A stretch of 64,000 nt of DNA from Lysobacterales bacterium (GCA_013001885.1 JABDLD010000033.1:709-64708), one strand, 5' to 3'; positions 1 through 8,677 are shown, counted from the first letter of the stretch. The notes: generated by a model from the letters alone, not told the origin. A program made the numbers and translations.

Positions 1-57
1 ACCGCTGGCAGGAACTGGAAGGTAAAATGTCAGAATTCTGAACGCTGGAGATTCACA

Positions 58-492
58 ATGTCCAAAATCCACGTGACCTGTGCTAAATGCAACGCGATCA
101 ACGCTGTTCCCTCAAAGCGTCTGGAAGAAAATCCGCTGTGCGGTAAGTGCAAGAGCCCTGTTCTCAACGCTCACCCGGTGGAACTCAATACCGCCGGTTT
201 CGAAAGGTTCATTGCGAAAAACGACATGCCGGTTCTGGTCGACTTCTGGGCTCCATGGTGCGCTCCGTGCAGGACCATGGCGCCGGCCTTTGAACAGGCT
301 GCATCCGTGCTGGAACCCACCGTGCGGCTGGCCAAGCTGAACACGGAGGATGAGCAGATGATTGGAGCCCAGTATGGAATTCGAAGTATTCCAACCATGA
401 TCCTGTTTGATAAGGGCAGAGAAGTCGCCCGCCAGTCAGGTGCGCTGATGGCGGGCGACATTGTCCGCTGGACTAAATCAAAGATTGTTTGA
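58..492 (+). CDS. trxC: Thioredoxin 2 (zinc-finger N-terminal extension plus thioredoxin fold)
   Basis: N-terminal CxxC...CxxC (CAKC, CGKC) followed by the WCAPC active site in a thioredoxin-length domain. This is the typical Trx2 architecture. Confidence 0.9.
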   Translation: MSKIHVTCAKCNAINAVPSKRLEENPLCGKCKSPVLNAHPVELNTAGFERFIAKNDMPVLVDFWAPWCAPCRTMAPAFEQAASVLEPTVRLAKLNTEDEQMIGAQYGIRSIPTMILFDKGREVARQSGALMAGDIVRWTKSKIV

Positions 493-1509
493 TCAGAAGT
501 CCGCGCCGATTCCCACGGCCAGGGTCGTGTCGTATTTTTTCTTGCCCGCTGCCGGATCTGTTTCATAGTCGTAGCGGAAAGAAATACTCGTGTAGACACT
601 GCCGATTACGTCGAAGCGAAAGCCCGTATTGGTTTTCAGAATCGTGTTGTTATCCCCGTAAAACTGGTAGTTCAGATTGTGGTTATGAAAAAACGAAAGC
701 GCGCCTTCGCGAAAATCGTGCTCGTATATGAGGTTCCACAACCCTACAGCGCCACTGTCTGAAATGCCGGCCAGTTTTTCATCCGAGTAGCCGATGCCGA
801 TACTGGCGGTCAGGAAGCGATTGGAATCCTTGATAAAATCCCTGCCAAAGAGCACGCCCGCCATGTAGCGGTGATCCAGTTCCTTGATCGGATCACGTTC
901 GTAACTGGCGGTGGCGCCCAGATACCAGGGGTCGCTCAGCAGCCAGTTGTAGGAATAGCGAAACAGGTCCTGCTTCTTGGTCGTGACATCGTTGGTCTTG
1001 TCCCTGGCAATCGTGAGTTCCGCCAGGTGGCGATGGTCGCCCACACGAACCCGCGTGTCTGCGAACAACAGGTTGTTTTTGCTGTCCGTGTTGCCATCGT
1101 TCCAGGTCATGTTCAGATCGACGTGCGATGAACGCGAGTAGTAAGGCGCCGGCTGGGCAGCCTGGGTCAGCATCATCGTGTTGACGCTCATTTCGGCGCC
1201 GTCGGAAATTAGGGTCTGCTCGCCCTCAGCTGCCGATCCGGCAATCTGGGCGCTCATCTTGCGGCCGTCTTCCAACTCAACTTCGAAGACTTTTTCCGCG
1301 TTGATCGACACGACTTCGGCCAGGTCCACCGAGAATTCACTGCCATAGGCGGGTTTTATATACACCTTGTTGTTTTCGATCTTGCCAACGTCGCCGGTTA
1401 TGACGTCTCCGTTTTTCATCACCAGTTGGTCAGCTATTACGATGCCGGGCAGCAGAATGGCTGCCAGGAGCAAGGTGGTAAAAAGGTTACTCCGCGCCAG
1501 CTTGTTCAT
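493..1509 (-). CDS. Outer-membrane beta-barrel protein, DUF481/YdiY-like
   Basis: ORF 493-1545 trimmed to the ATG at 1509 (MNKLARS...), which gives a hydrophobic signal-like segment. The C-terminal half has an alternating beta-strand pattern ending in a terminal Phe (..GIGADF), typical of OM barrels. Family assignment is from memory only. Confidence 0.65.
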   Translation of the reverse strand: MNKLARSNLFTTLLLAAILLPGIVIADQLVMKNGDVITGDVGKIENNKVYIKPAYGSEFSVDLAEVVSINAEKVFEVELEDGRKMSAQIAGSAAEGEQTLISDGAEMSVNTMMLTQAAQPAPYYSRSSHVDLNMTWNDGNTDSKNNLLFADTRVRVGDHRHLAELTIARDKTNDVTTKKQDLFRYSYNWLLSDPWYLGATASYERDPIKELDHRYMAGVLFGRDFIKDSNRFLTASIGIGYSDEKLAGISDSGAVGLWNLIYEHDFREGALSFFHNHNLNYQFYGDNNTILKTNTGFRFDVIGSVYTSISFRYDYETDPAAGKKKYDTTLAVGIGADF

Positions 1510-1639
1510 GTTTTCTCTCCAGTTTTTGGGGTTCAGCTCAAGCAAAGCGCGGTATTATATAGATCAATGGGCTGTTGTGCGTAATTTTCGTCACGAGTTA
1601 TCATTGCAGGATGCTGTTTGAATCAGGGCAATCAAACCC

Positions 1640-2290
1640 ATGCACAGCCGTTTGAGAAACAGGCTGGGCTGGCTGGAAGCGGGTCTTTACCTTGGCGGCG
1701 TCGCTTTGCTCGCAGTGTTCTTCCAATTGAGGGCCGATGCCGAGCTACAGAGAGAGCAGGGTGTCAGGGCATTTGAGGCATCTCTCGCAGATAAGGCTGC
1801 GAGTCACTCGGGCTGGATACCCGACCAGGAACTCTGGTCCGACAAGCGCATTCGCGACTACGAAGAAAGCATCCAGGTAGATGCCGAACCGCCGTTAGCG
1901 TTGATGAAAATCGCACGCCTGGGTATCGAGGTGCCCGTTTATAACGGCACTGACGAATTCAACCTGAACCGCGGCGCCGGCCGGATCAAGGGGACAGCCT
2001 GGATCGATTCACCGGGGAACCTTGGCATTGCGGGACACCGTGATGGCTTTTTCAGAGGGCTGAAGGACATAGAAATTGGCGATGAAATCGAGTTAAGGAC
2101 CGCTGGTGGAGCCGTTAACTACCGTGTTTCATCGTTCCTGATCGTGGAACCGGATGATGTGTCAGTTTTGGGAAAGACGGCTGAAACGACCCTGACGTTA
2201 GTTACCTGCTATCCTTTTTATTACGTCGGGCACGCGCCAAAGCGGTTCATAGTAAAGGCCGAAGCCAGACATCCATCGTTGAAATTCTAA
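1640..2290 (+). CDS. Sortase-family cysteine transpeptidase (proteobacterial type), N-terminal membrane anchor
   Basis: N-terminal TM helix (LGWLEAGLYLGGVALLAVFF). Catalytic-triad context is present: GIAGHRDG (His), TLTLVTCYPF (TLxTC Cys) and KRFIVKAE (Arg). Confidence 0.85.
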   Translation: MHSRLRNRLGWLEAGLYLGGVALLAVFFQLRADAELQREQGVRAFEASLADKAASHSGWIPDQELWSDKRIRDYEESIQVDAEPPLALMKIARLGIEVPVYNGTDEFNLNRGAGRIKGTAWIDSPGNLGIAGHRDGFFRGLKDIEIGDEIELRTAGGAVNYRVSSFLIVEPDDVSVLGKTAETTLTLVTCYPFYYVGHAPKRFIVKAEARHPSLKF

Positions 2291-2302
2291 AGTGAGGAAG
2301 AT

Positions 2303-2881
2303 ATGAAAAAGACACTGTTACTCATCATGCTTGTGCTTGTGGGAACGCTTGGATTTACTGCCAGCGCACAAGCGGCGGAATGTTCAGAAGTCATCTATTC
2401 AGCTGAGTTGTTGGAAACGAACCCGAATATCGGCAATGCCTGCCTGGATATCGTTCAGAAAGAAGAAGCAATGTGGGTCAAGCTCACGGCCAGAGTGGTG
2501 CGCCAGAGCGTGAATTCCACCATCGTGCAATGGCAACTGCCGGATGGAACATGGACAGACTCTGAACGCAGGTATCCAGCGCGTGGCGCTACCGCCGAAA
2601 TTGGTGGCAAAACAGTCAGAATCCTTGACCTGGCGCCCCGACAGGAAGTGAACGTTTACATTCCGATGGCGAGTAACTGGAGCCTGCCGGCTGCCGCTGC
2701 CGCTACTGCCGCCCCGGCCCCCGCGCCCGCTCCGGCACCAGCACCAGCACCAGCACCCGCTGCTGAGCCGGAACCCGTCATGCTGCCGACCACGGCAACT
2801 CAGCTTCCCATGATCGCCCTGTTGGGCGGGCTGTTGTTGCTGTTGGGCGGCGCCGTCAGTTTCGCTCGGATGCGCCTCTGA
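2303..2881 (+). CDS. Secreted sortase-substrate candidate (signal peptide, about 120-aa domain, Pro-Ala linker, LPTTAT sorting signal)
   Basis: Sec signal peptide ends in ASAQA. The C-terminus reads ..VMLPTTATQLPMIALLGGLLLLLGGAVSFARMRL, an LPxT[AG]-like motif plus a hydrophobic helix and a basic tail. GAGGAA RBS lies upstream, and the gene sits 12 nt after the sortase stop. Confidence 0.75.
   Translation: MKKTLLLIMLVLVGTLGFTASAQAAECSEVIYSAELLETNPNIGNACLDIVQKEEAMWVKLTARVVRQSVNSTIVQWQLPDGTWTDSERRYPARGATAEIGGKTVRILDLAPRQEVNVYIPMASNWSLPAAAAATAAPAPAPAPAPAPAPAPAAEPEPVMLPTTATQLPMIALLGGLLLLLGGAVSFARMRL
2714..2761 (+). repeat. (Pro-Ala)8 coding low-complexity linker inside the sortase substrate
   Basis: Codons ccg gcc ccc gcg ccc gct ccg gca cca gca cca gca cca gca ccc gct, including a perfect gcacca x3 DNA tandem. 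Confidence 0.9.
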
Positions 2882-2925
2882 TTCTGGCAAGTACCGGTGT
2901 TTCGAACACCGGTCGTTTATCAACG

Positions 2926-2957
2926 ACAAAGAGCGCCGGGTGCGCTCTTTGTTTTTT
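2926..2957 (+). terminator. Rho-independent terminator after the sortase-substrate operon
   Basis: 11-bp stem acaaagagcgc / gcgctctttgt with a 5-nt loop, followed by a T-run (ttttt). A second hairpin lies at 2893-2913 (accggtgt ttcg a acaccggt). Confidence 0.7.
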
Positions 2958-2966
2958 CAAGCCTTC

Positions 2967-3401
2967 TCAGGCCGTCATTCCAAGTACTTCGATCAGTTTC
3001 GTGCGTGGTTTGAGCAGGTCCAGCAAGGTATAGCGTTCGAGCGTGCTCAAATAGGCCGTCAATGCCTGGCTGAGCACGTTTCTCAGCTGGCAAATGGGTT
3101 TGATGGCACAGCTTCCTTCTTCACAGAAACACTCGACCAGGTTGAGATCTTCCTCCATGTCGCGCACGACATCGGCAATGACAATTTCCCTGGGTGCACG
3201 GGCCAAAGCGATTCCCCCGCCGGGACCGCGGCGGGCGTCAAGATAACCCATGCGCGTCAGCAAGCTTACCACCTTCATCAGGTGATTGCGTGAGATTCCA
3301 TAAGCATCGGAGATTTCCCTGATGGTCACTCTGCCGTCATCCTTGAGGCCAAGATAAATCAGGACGCGAAGTGAATAGTCGGTGAATCTTGTTAGTTTCA
3401 T
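2967..3401 (-). CDS. nsrR: Rrf2-family transcriptional regulator, NsrR-like (Fe-S, NO-responsive)
   Basis: N-terminal MKLTRFTDYSLRVLIYL wHTH typical of Rrf2 proteins. A three-Cys cluster (CEEGSCAIKPIC) sits at the position of the NsrR/IscR Fe-S ligands. Confidence 0.7.
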   Translation of the reverse strand: MKLTRFTDYSLRVLIYLGLKDDGRVTIREISDAYGISRNHLMKVVSLLTRMGYLDARRGPGGGIALARAPREIVIADVVRDMEEDLNLVECFCEEGSCAIKPICQLRNVLSQALTAYLSTLERYTLLDLLKPRTKLIEVLGMTA

Positions 3402-3589
3402 GGTTTGACACCGTTACTTAATAGCTCCCTGCAGCTTATTGATGCGGGGAATAACTTTTAATCTAACAACTGGCATTCGTAAGCATATTGATTCACATCA
3501 AGGTTTTTTAATATGCAAACTACCCCGGAAAGATTGTTGCGGTATTAATGCTTCATTTATGATGCTTGTTTTAAACGGGAGATAGGTTC

Positions 3590-4072
3590 GTGGGCCAGCA
3601 CCGTTACATGCTTTTGAGCGCTTTTATCGTGGTGACACTGGCGGCCTGTGCCAAAGAGGAACCGGCCGCGCCGGACCAGACCGCCGGCAACACCGTTGCC
3701 GCGCCTGCGGACGGAGCGGGCGTTCGAACGCTCGCACAGCGAATGGCCAGGGGCGGAAAACTCTATGCTGCGCATTGTGCGGCCTGCCACCAGGCATCCG
3801 GTCAGGGCCTGGCCGGCGCTTTTCCTCCATTGGCGGGATCCGACTACCTCGAGGCAGGTCCGGCGGCGGTCACCGATGTCATCCTGAATGGACTGAAGGG
3901 CCCGATCACCGTCAACGGCATGGTTTACAACTCGGTGATGCCGAACATGTCCTATCTTGGAGACGGCGATGTGGCTGATGTCGTTACTTTCGTGATGAAT
4001 TCCTGGGGGAATCCCGGAGGCGAAGTGAGCGCGGGCGAAGTGAGCGCGGCGCGCTCAAAGGCAGTACCGTAA
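3590..4072 (+). CDS. Lipoprotein class I c-type cytochrome (single haem)
   Basis: GTG start with GGGAGA RBS. Lipobox LAAC is present, with one CAACH haem-binding motif and a distal Met region (SVMPNM). Confidence 0.8.
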   Translation: MGQHRYMLLSAFIVVTLAACAKEEPAAPDQTAGNTVAAPADGAGVRTLAQRMARGGKLYAAHCAACHQASGQGLAGAFPPLAGSDYLEAGPAAVTDVILNGLKGPITVNGMVYNSVMPNMSYLGDGDVADVVTFVMNSWGNPGGEVSAGEVSAARSKAVP

Positions 4073-4130
4073 AGCGCAATCCCGGCTGAAGCGTTCTATG
4101 ACAGGGCGCCGGGATAAACGGCCCCCGGTC

Positions 4131-4799
4131 TCAGGAAAACTCTTCGACGCCGTTCGAGGTCGCCATCAGGACGACATCCGCTGGCCGGATCGCCCACAGG
4201 CCGTTGGTCACGACACCCGGAAGGTTGTTCAACTCTTTCTCAACGGCAACCGGATCGACCAGGTCCATATTGTGAACATCAAGAATGACGTTGCCGTTAT
4301 CGGTGACAAAATCCTGTCTCAGCTCCGGTTGTCCGCCCATGGCAACCAGTTGGCGGGCCACGAAACTGCGGGCCATGGGAATGACTTCCACAGGGAGCGG
4401 GTACTTTCCGAGCACGCCTACTTTCTTGCTTTCGTCAACGATACAGACAAACTTGCGGCTGGCGGCCGTTACGATTTTTTCACGGGTGAGCGCTCCGCCT
4501 CCGCCCTTGATCAGGCGTCGGTGCGGATCGAATTCATCGGCGCCGTCAATATAGAGGTCGAGTGTGCCGGCAAGGTTGAGGTCCCGCACCGTGATGCCGT
4601 TCGATTCCAGCAATCGGGTAGAGGCGTCGGATGAAGACACGGCTGCTTCGATCCGCGTGCCGCTGGCGGCAAGCGCTTCGATAAAAAGATTGACCGTGCT
4701 GCCCGTTCCCACTCCCAAAACGGAGTCTGGGCGCACATAGCGGACCGCGGCTTCCGCTGCCCATTGTTTCTGAATTTGTTGGTCGACGGCTGATGTCAT
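4131..4799 (-). CDS. rpiA: Ribose-5-phosphate isomerase A
   Basis: GVGTGSTV and DGADE motifs. The start is set at the ATG at 4799 (MTSAVDQQ...), which aligns with enterobacterial RpiA N-termini. An alternative GTG lies at 4811. Confidence 0.9.
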   Translation of the reverse strand: MTSAVDQQIQKQWAAEAAVRYVRPDSVLGVGTGSTVNLFIEALAASGTRIEAAVSSSDASTRLLESNGITVRDLNLAGTLDLYIDGADEFDPHRRLIKGGGGALTREKIVTAASRKFVCIVDESKKVGVLGKYPLPVEVIPMARSFVARQLVAMGGQPELRQDFVTDNGNVILDVHNMDLVDPVAVEKELNNLPGVVTNGLWAIRPADVVLMATSNGVEEFS

Positions 4800-4807
4800 G
4801 AATTGGT

Positions 4808-5269
4808 TCACTCCTGTGAGAGAATATAGTCCCAGTGCGCCTTGGAAACCGGCATGATCGACAGGCGATTGCCGCGCCGGATCAACGCTAAGCCCTCCAG
4901 TTTGCCGGCTTTTTCCTTTAACTCCGTCAGGCTGATCAGGCGTTTGGTTTTGCGGCGGTACTTTACGTCGCGCATCAGCCAGCGCGGGTCATCCGCCGGA
5001 CTGCCGGCATCGTAATAGCGGCTGTTCGAGTCAAACTGGGTATGGTCGGGGTAGGCATCCGAGACGACTTCACAGATTCCTACGATACCCGGTGTCTTGC
5101 AGTTGGAATGATAGAAAAAAGCGAGGTCGCCTTTTTGCATATCATCGCGAATGAAGTTTCTGGCCTGGTAGTTTCTGATTCCATCCCAGTGCTCTTTTTT
5201 ACCGGGCGCGTTTTTCAGGTCATCGATACTGAATTCTTCGGGCTCGCTCTTGATCAACCAGTAATTCAT
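4808..5269 (-). CDS. EVE (PUA-like) domain protein
   Basis: [18 protein letters not shown]...RNYQARNF...FYHSN is the typical EVE/DUF55 signature. The start is trimmed to the ATG at 5269. Confidence 0.8.
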   Translation of the reverse strand: MNYWLIKSEPEEFSIDDLKNAPGKKEHWDGIRNYQARNFIRDDMQKGDLAFFYHSNCKTPGIVGICEVVSDAYPDHTQFDSNSRYYDAGSPADDPRWLMRDVKYRRKTKRLISLTELKEKAGKLEGLALIRRGNRLSIMPVSKAHWDYILSQE

Positions 5270-5318
5270 ACGCAACTTCATTCCTGCAGTAACCGCTTGT
5301 TAACGGCATTGTCTCGCT

Positions 5319-5921
5319 TCAGCCCCCGCAGGTAAACCAGCCATTTTCGGTCAACATGCCGTGCAGCCGAATATCCCAGGGTTCCCGCGGAATGCGGCTC
5401 ACCTGCTGGAGCGCGTAGCCCACTCCCATGCGAACCGGCTTGTCGAGTTCGGCGAAAGGCTGAAACAGGCGGTCGTAAAAGCTGGCGCCCATACCCAGCC
5501 TGCCTCCTGATTTGTCCCACCCCACCAGCGGCACCAGTACAAGGTCGATGTCGATGATCCGAACGAGATCCGTCCCTGCCGGCTCGGCGATACCGTAGCG
5601 ATTCGGCCGCAAATCACTGTCGGGCTTCCACTGACTGAACGTAATGACCGACTTGCCTGGTGCATCACGAACCACCGGCAGGGCCAGCTTCGCTCCGTTT
5701 TCGTATAACGCGGTCAGCGTCGGAGCCAGGTCGGGCTCTCCGTCAAACGCCATGTAGGCCGCTACCGTCGCAGGGCGCGCCTGGCTTACATAGGCAAGCA
5801 GCTGGTGGTTGATAAGCGCGTCCCAGTGAGCCCGCTTTTTTTCATCAATTATCGCGCGCTTGCGCCTGATGTCTTTGCGGAGCTGGATTTTTTGGGATTT
5901 CTGACTGGCTTCGCTGTGCAT
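5319..5921 (-). CDS. ygfA: 5-formyltetrahydrofolate cyclo-ligase
   Basis: Length and conserved C-terminal motifs fit the family. The gene sits downstream of zapA-ssrS, the conserved gammaproteobacterial synteny. Confidence 0.85.
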   Translation of the reverse strand: MHSEASQKSQKIQLRKDIRRKRAIIDEKKRAHWDALINHQLLAYVSQARPATVAAYMAFDGEPDLAPTLTALYENGAKLALPVVRDAPGKSVITFSQWKPDSDLRPNRYGIAEPAGTDLVRIIDIDLVLVPLVGWDKSGGRLGMGASFYDRLFQPFAELDKPVRMGVGYALQQVSRIPREPWDIRLHGMLTENGWFTCGG

Positions 5922-5925
5922 CGGG

Positions 5926-5953
5926 TGAAACAGGAGTGAAACAGGAGTGAAAT
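5926..5953. repeat. 11-nt direct tandem repeat (gtgaaacagga x2 plus a partial third copy)
   Basis: Read directly: gtgaaacagga gtgaaacagga gtgaaa, between the 6S RNA 3' end and the ygfA start codon. Confidence 0.85.
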
Positions 5954-6141
5954 AAAGCCCTCCATGATGCCGCTACGGCCCGGTGACCTTGAACCAAAGG
6001 TTCAGGTGGGATGGCTTACGAGGCTTCAGGCTTTTCGCTAAAAGCGAACATGCACACCAGCACTCAGATCAGCTACCCCGTGGTCAATAAGTAGGGACAA
6101 GGCATTTAACGAGTCCGATGGCAAACACCACAGGGGGCAAA
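5940..6141 (-). ncRNA. ssrS: 6S RNA
   Basis: On the minus strand, ..ACCUGAACCUUUGGUUCAAGGUCACCGGGCCGUAGCGGCAUCAUGGAGGGCUU.. resembles the E. coli 6S 3' region (..CCUUGAACCAAGGGUUCAAGGGUUACAGCCUGCGGCGGCAUCUCGGAGAUU..). The 5' GCCCCCUGUGGUG can pair with the 3' CAUCAUGGAGGGC to form the closing stem. The position between zapA and ygfA matches conserved synteny. The ends are approximate. Confidence 0.75.
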
Positions 6142-6145
6142 AGTA

Positions 6146-6151
6146 ATTATA
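6146..6151 (-). promoter_or_regulatory. Candidate -10 element (perfect TATAAT) for ssrS
   Basis: The minus strand reads cgcgcTATAATtactttt immediately upstream of the predicted 6S 5' end. No convincing -35 is visible. Confidence 0.4.
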
Positions 6152-6157
6152 GCGCGA

Positions 6158-6454
6158 TCAACTTTTCAGCGCATCATCGATCTGATCGGCCAGTATGCGG
6201 ATCTTGCTGTCTATCTTTTCCTGCCGGTAATCTTCCGCCGCACGGAGCTTCATCAGCTCGGCACTAAAGTTGAGCGCTGCCTGCAGGGCAATCCGCTCCA
6301 GCGACATCAGCCGCCCGGTGTCCTTTATTTCAGTCATGCACTCGTCCAGATGGCGAGCGGCCTCAACCAGATCCTTGCGCTGATCCGGTTCACAGGCAAA
6401 TTGGTATTTTTTTTCCAGTATGATGACCGAGACTGGCTCAGGTGAATTGCTCAT
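6158..6454 (-). CDS. zapA: Cell division protein ZapA
   Basis: 98-aa protein with a VSVIILEKKYQFAC...ERIALQAALN pattern typical of ZapA. Synteny with ssrS and ygfA supports the call. Confidence 0.85.
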   Translation of the reverse strand: MSNSPEPVSVIILEKKYQFACEPDQRKDLVEAARHLDECMTEIKDTGRLMSLERIALQAALNFSAELMKLRAAEDYRQEKIDSKIRILADQIDDALKS

Positions 6455-6463
6455 GCAGCGGAC

Positions 6464-6685
6464 TCAGCTCTGTTCGAGTGCTTTTAGCCGGTTGATCATG
6501 GCCTCGACCTTGGTGCGGGCCTCTTCATTTTTTGCAACCAGTGATGCTCGTTCGGCTACGAGTGATTCCTGGCGGTTCTGCAGGGACAGATTTTCCTCGC
6601 GCAGTTTCCGCGCTTGGTCCAACAAAGCCTTAAGTTGCGCTTCGAGACGCTCCAGATCTTTTCCGGCCTGTTCCAGTGAATCCAT
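6464..6685 (-). CDS. Small coiled-coil protein (TIGR02449-like / ZapB-like)
   Basis: Heptad-rich sequence (LERLEAQLKALLDQARKLREENLSLQ...). It lies directly upstream of zapA, as in Pseudomonas-type loci. The start is set at the ATG at 6685; the ORF extends to 6721. Confidence 0.55.
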   Translation of the reverse strand: MDSLEQAGKDLERLEAQLKALLDQARKLREENLSLQNRQESLVAERASLVAKNEEARTKVEAMINRLKALEQS

Positions 6686-6767
6686 GGCGACAACTATAGA
6701 TTGAGCGGTTAAAACCGTCAATCAATTCCCTCAGGGATGGTAATATTCATCTATTTGGAGCGGCCAG

Positions 6768-7334
6768 ATGTCAGCGCCTTCATTACCTGATTTTGATCGG
6801 ACAGTCCGCTTGAGCCATGGCAACCTCGATGCGACGGAATTGTCAGAATGCCATGGCCTGCTGTGCGGCCTGTTGTGCCGGGAAGTCAGCAGCACACCTT
6901 CGGCGTTCATCAGCCATCTTGCGGCGATGCAACTGGTCGTAAACCCCGGGGCGGCCCTCAGCGCTGCTTTGTCTGATGTTTTCGAGCGTACGCAAAGCCA
7001 ACTCGAAGATGATGAATTCGGTTTCCAGCTGTGGTTACCGGATGATGAGGAAGCATTGGAAGACCGCACCGCAGCCCTTGCCCAGTGGTGTTCCGGTTTT
7101 CTCGCTGGGCTGGCCAGTGGCGGGCAACTCGATGCCTTGTCGGAAGAAGCCAGGGAGGCGATCGAGGACCTCCAGCAAATTGCACGGGCAGAGATTTCCC
7201 GGCCGGAACAGAATAAGGGAGAGAGCGAGGAAGATGAAACGGCCTTTATGGAGATTGTCGAATATGTGCGCGTGGTCGCCATGATGATGCGCGAAGATTT
7301 TCGCGGCCCAGGGCAACATGAGGCAATTCATTGA
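6768..7334 (+). CDS. ygfB: UPF0149 family protein YgfB
   Basis: ELSECHGLLCGLLC motif, acidic C-terminal half, and a position upstream of pepP-ubiH. Confidence 0.75.
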   Translation: MSAPSLPDFDRTVRLSHGNLDATELSECHGLLCGLLCREVSSTPSAFISHLAAMQLVVNPGAALSAALSDVFERTQSQLEDDEFGFQLWLPDDEEALEDRTAALAQWCSGFLAGLASGGQLDALSEEAREAIEDLQQIARAEISRPEQNKGESEEDETAFMEIVEYVRVVAMMMREDFRGPGQHEAIH

Positions 7335-7359
7335 GCACCGCAATAACAGAGAGCTTTAA

Positions 7360-8667
7360 GTGATCAAACAGAAAGAGTACGCCCGGCGCAGAAGGCAGCT
7401 GATGAAAATGGCCGGTGAGGACTCCATCGTCATCCTGCAGGCCGCACCAGCCAAGATCCGGAACAACGACGTACATTACCCCTATCGACAGGACAGCGAT
7501 TTTTTGTATCTGACCGGTTTTCGTGAGCACGAAGCCATATTGGCCTTGATTCCGGGCTCAGAGGGCGGAACCAGTATCCTGTTCTGCCGCGAGCGCGACC
7601 CGGAGCGGGAAATGTGGGATGGCCGCATGGTGGGCCTGGAGGCCGCGGTATCGGAATACGGGATGGACCAGGCGTATTGCATCAAGGAAGCCGAGACCCG
7701 GTTGCGCGAGCTGTTGCAGAACACGGAGCGGATATTTTACGACCTGGGCAAACACCCCCTGTTCGACCAGCGGCTTATCGGCTGGCTCAATGAATTCCGC
7801 GGGGAAGCGCGCAAGACGTTCCACGCGCCGGAGGAAATTCACGCGCTGGACCACATGCTTCACGATATGCGCCTGTATAAAAGTCGGGAAGAGCTTTCGG
7901 CCATGAGGCGCTCAGCCAAAGTGGCGATCGAGGCTCATCAGACGGCCATGCAAATCTGTCAGCCTGGAATGAACGAAGCCGAGATTTATGCCAGCCTGCT
8001 GCATTCCGTCACCCGCAACCAGTGTGAGATTTCCTATCTCCCGATCGTCGGGGGAGGCGCAAACGCCTGTGTTCTGCACTACATCGCCAACAACTCGGAG
8101 TTACACGATGGCGAACTGTTGCTGATCGACGCCGGCGCGGAATATGACGGTTACGCATCGGACATCACCCGGACCTTTCCAGTCAACGGAAAGTTTTCAC
8201 CGGATCAGCGCGCACTTTACGAGGTCGTGTTGGCCGCCCAGGCGGCCGCCATTGACAAAGCGCGAGCCGGAATCCAGTGGCAGGAAGTACACAATGCCGC
8301 CATTCGGGTGGCTACGGAAGGAATGATTGATCTCGGCATTCTGGGCGGGAGCGTGGATGAAGAGATCGAATCGGAGGGTTACAAGAAGTTCTATGTTCAC
8401 AACACCGGTCATTGGCTCGGGCTGGACGTGCACGATGTGGGTGAGTACACCATCGACGGCCATTCAAGGGAGTTGGAGCCGGGCATGGTTTTAACTGTTG
8501 AGCCGGGAATTTACATTCCCCCCGGCGAGGAAAGCGTTGAAGAGTCCTGGCGTGGTGTGGGAATCCGTATCGAAGACAATGTGGCCATCACCAGGGATGC
8601 CCCCCGCATCCTGACCGATGGGCTGGCCCGCACGGCGGATGAAGTTGAAGCCGCGATGGCGGCCTGA
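7360..8667 (+). CDS. pepP: Xaa-Pro aminopeptidase (aminopeptidase P)
   Basis: N-terminal AMP_N-like region (YPYRQDSDFLYLTGF). M24 metal ligand motifs are present: DAGAEYDGYASDITRT, HNTGHWLGLDVHD, VEPGIY, IRIED. Confidence 0.9.
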   Translation: MIKQKEYARRRRQLMKMAGEDSIVILQAAPAKIRNNDVHYPYRQDSDFLYLTGFREHEAILALIPGSEGGTSILFCRERDPEREMWDGRMVGLEAAVSEYGMDQAYCIKEAETRLRELLQNTERIFYDLGKHPLFDQRLIGWLNEFRGEARKTFHAPEEIHALDHMLHDMRLYKSREELSAMRRSAKVAIEAHQTAMQICQPGMNEAEIYASLLHSVTRNQCEISYLPIVGGGANACVLHYIANNSELHDGELLLIDAGAEYDGYASDITRTFPVNGKFSPDQRALYEVVLAAQAAAIDKARAGIQWQEVHNAAIRVATEGMIDLGILGGSVDEEIESEGYKKFYVHNTGHWLGLDVHDVGEYTIDGHSRELEPGMVLTVEPGIYIPPGEESVEESWRGVGIRIEDNVAITRDAPRILTDGLARTADEVEAAMAA

Positions 8668-8677
8668 AGGAGACTTG

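Noticed and set aside
2714-2761. Short tandem DNA repeat (gcacca units), considered as a possible non-coding repeat or array.
   Set aside because: It is in frame inside the sortase-substrate gene and encodes a (Pro-Ala)8 linker. It is not a CRISPR or intergenic repeat.
3402-3589. Candidate NsrR operator in the nsrR/cytochrome c divergent spacer.
   Set aside because: Only imperfect inverted repeats are present (GCATATT...AATATGC with a 20-nt spacer, and AATGCTTCATTTATGATGCTT). Their spacing and sequence do not fit the 11-1-11 AAxATGCATTT-type consensus as I remember it, so no feature is called.
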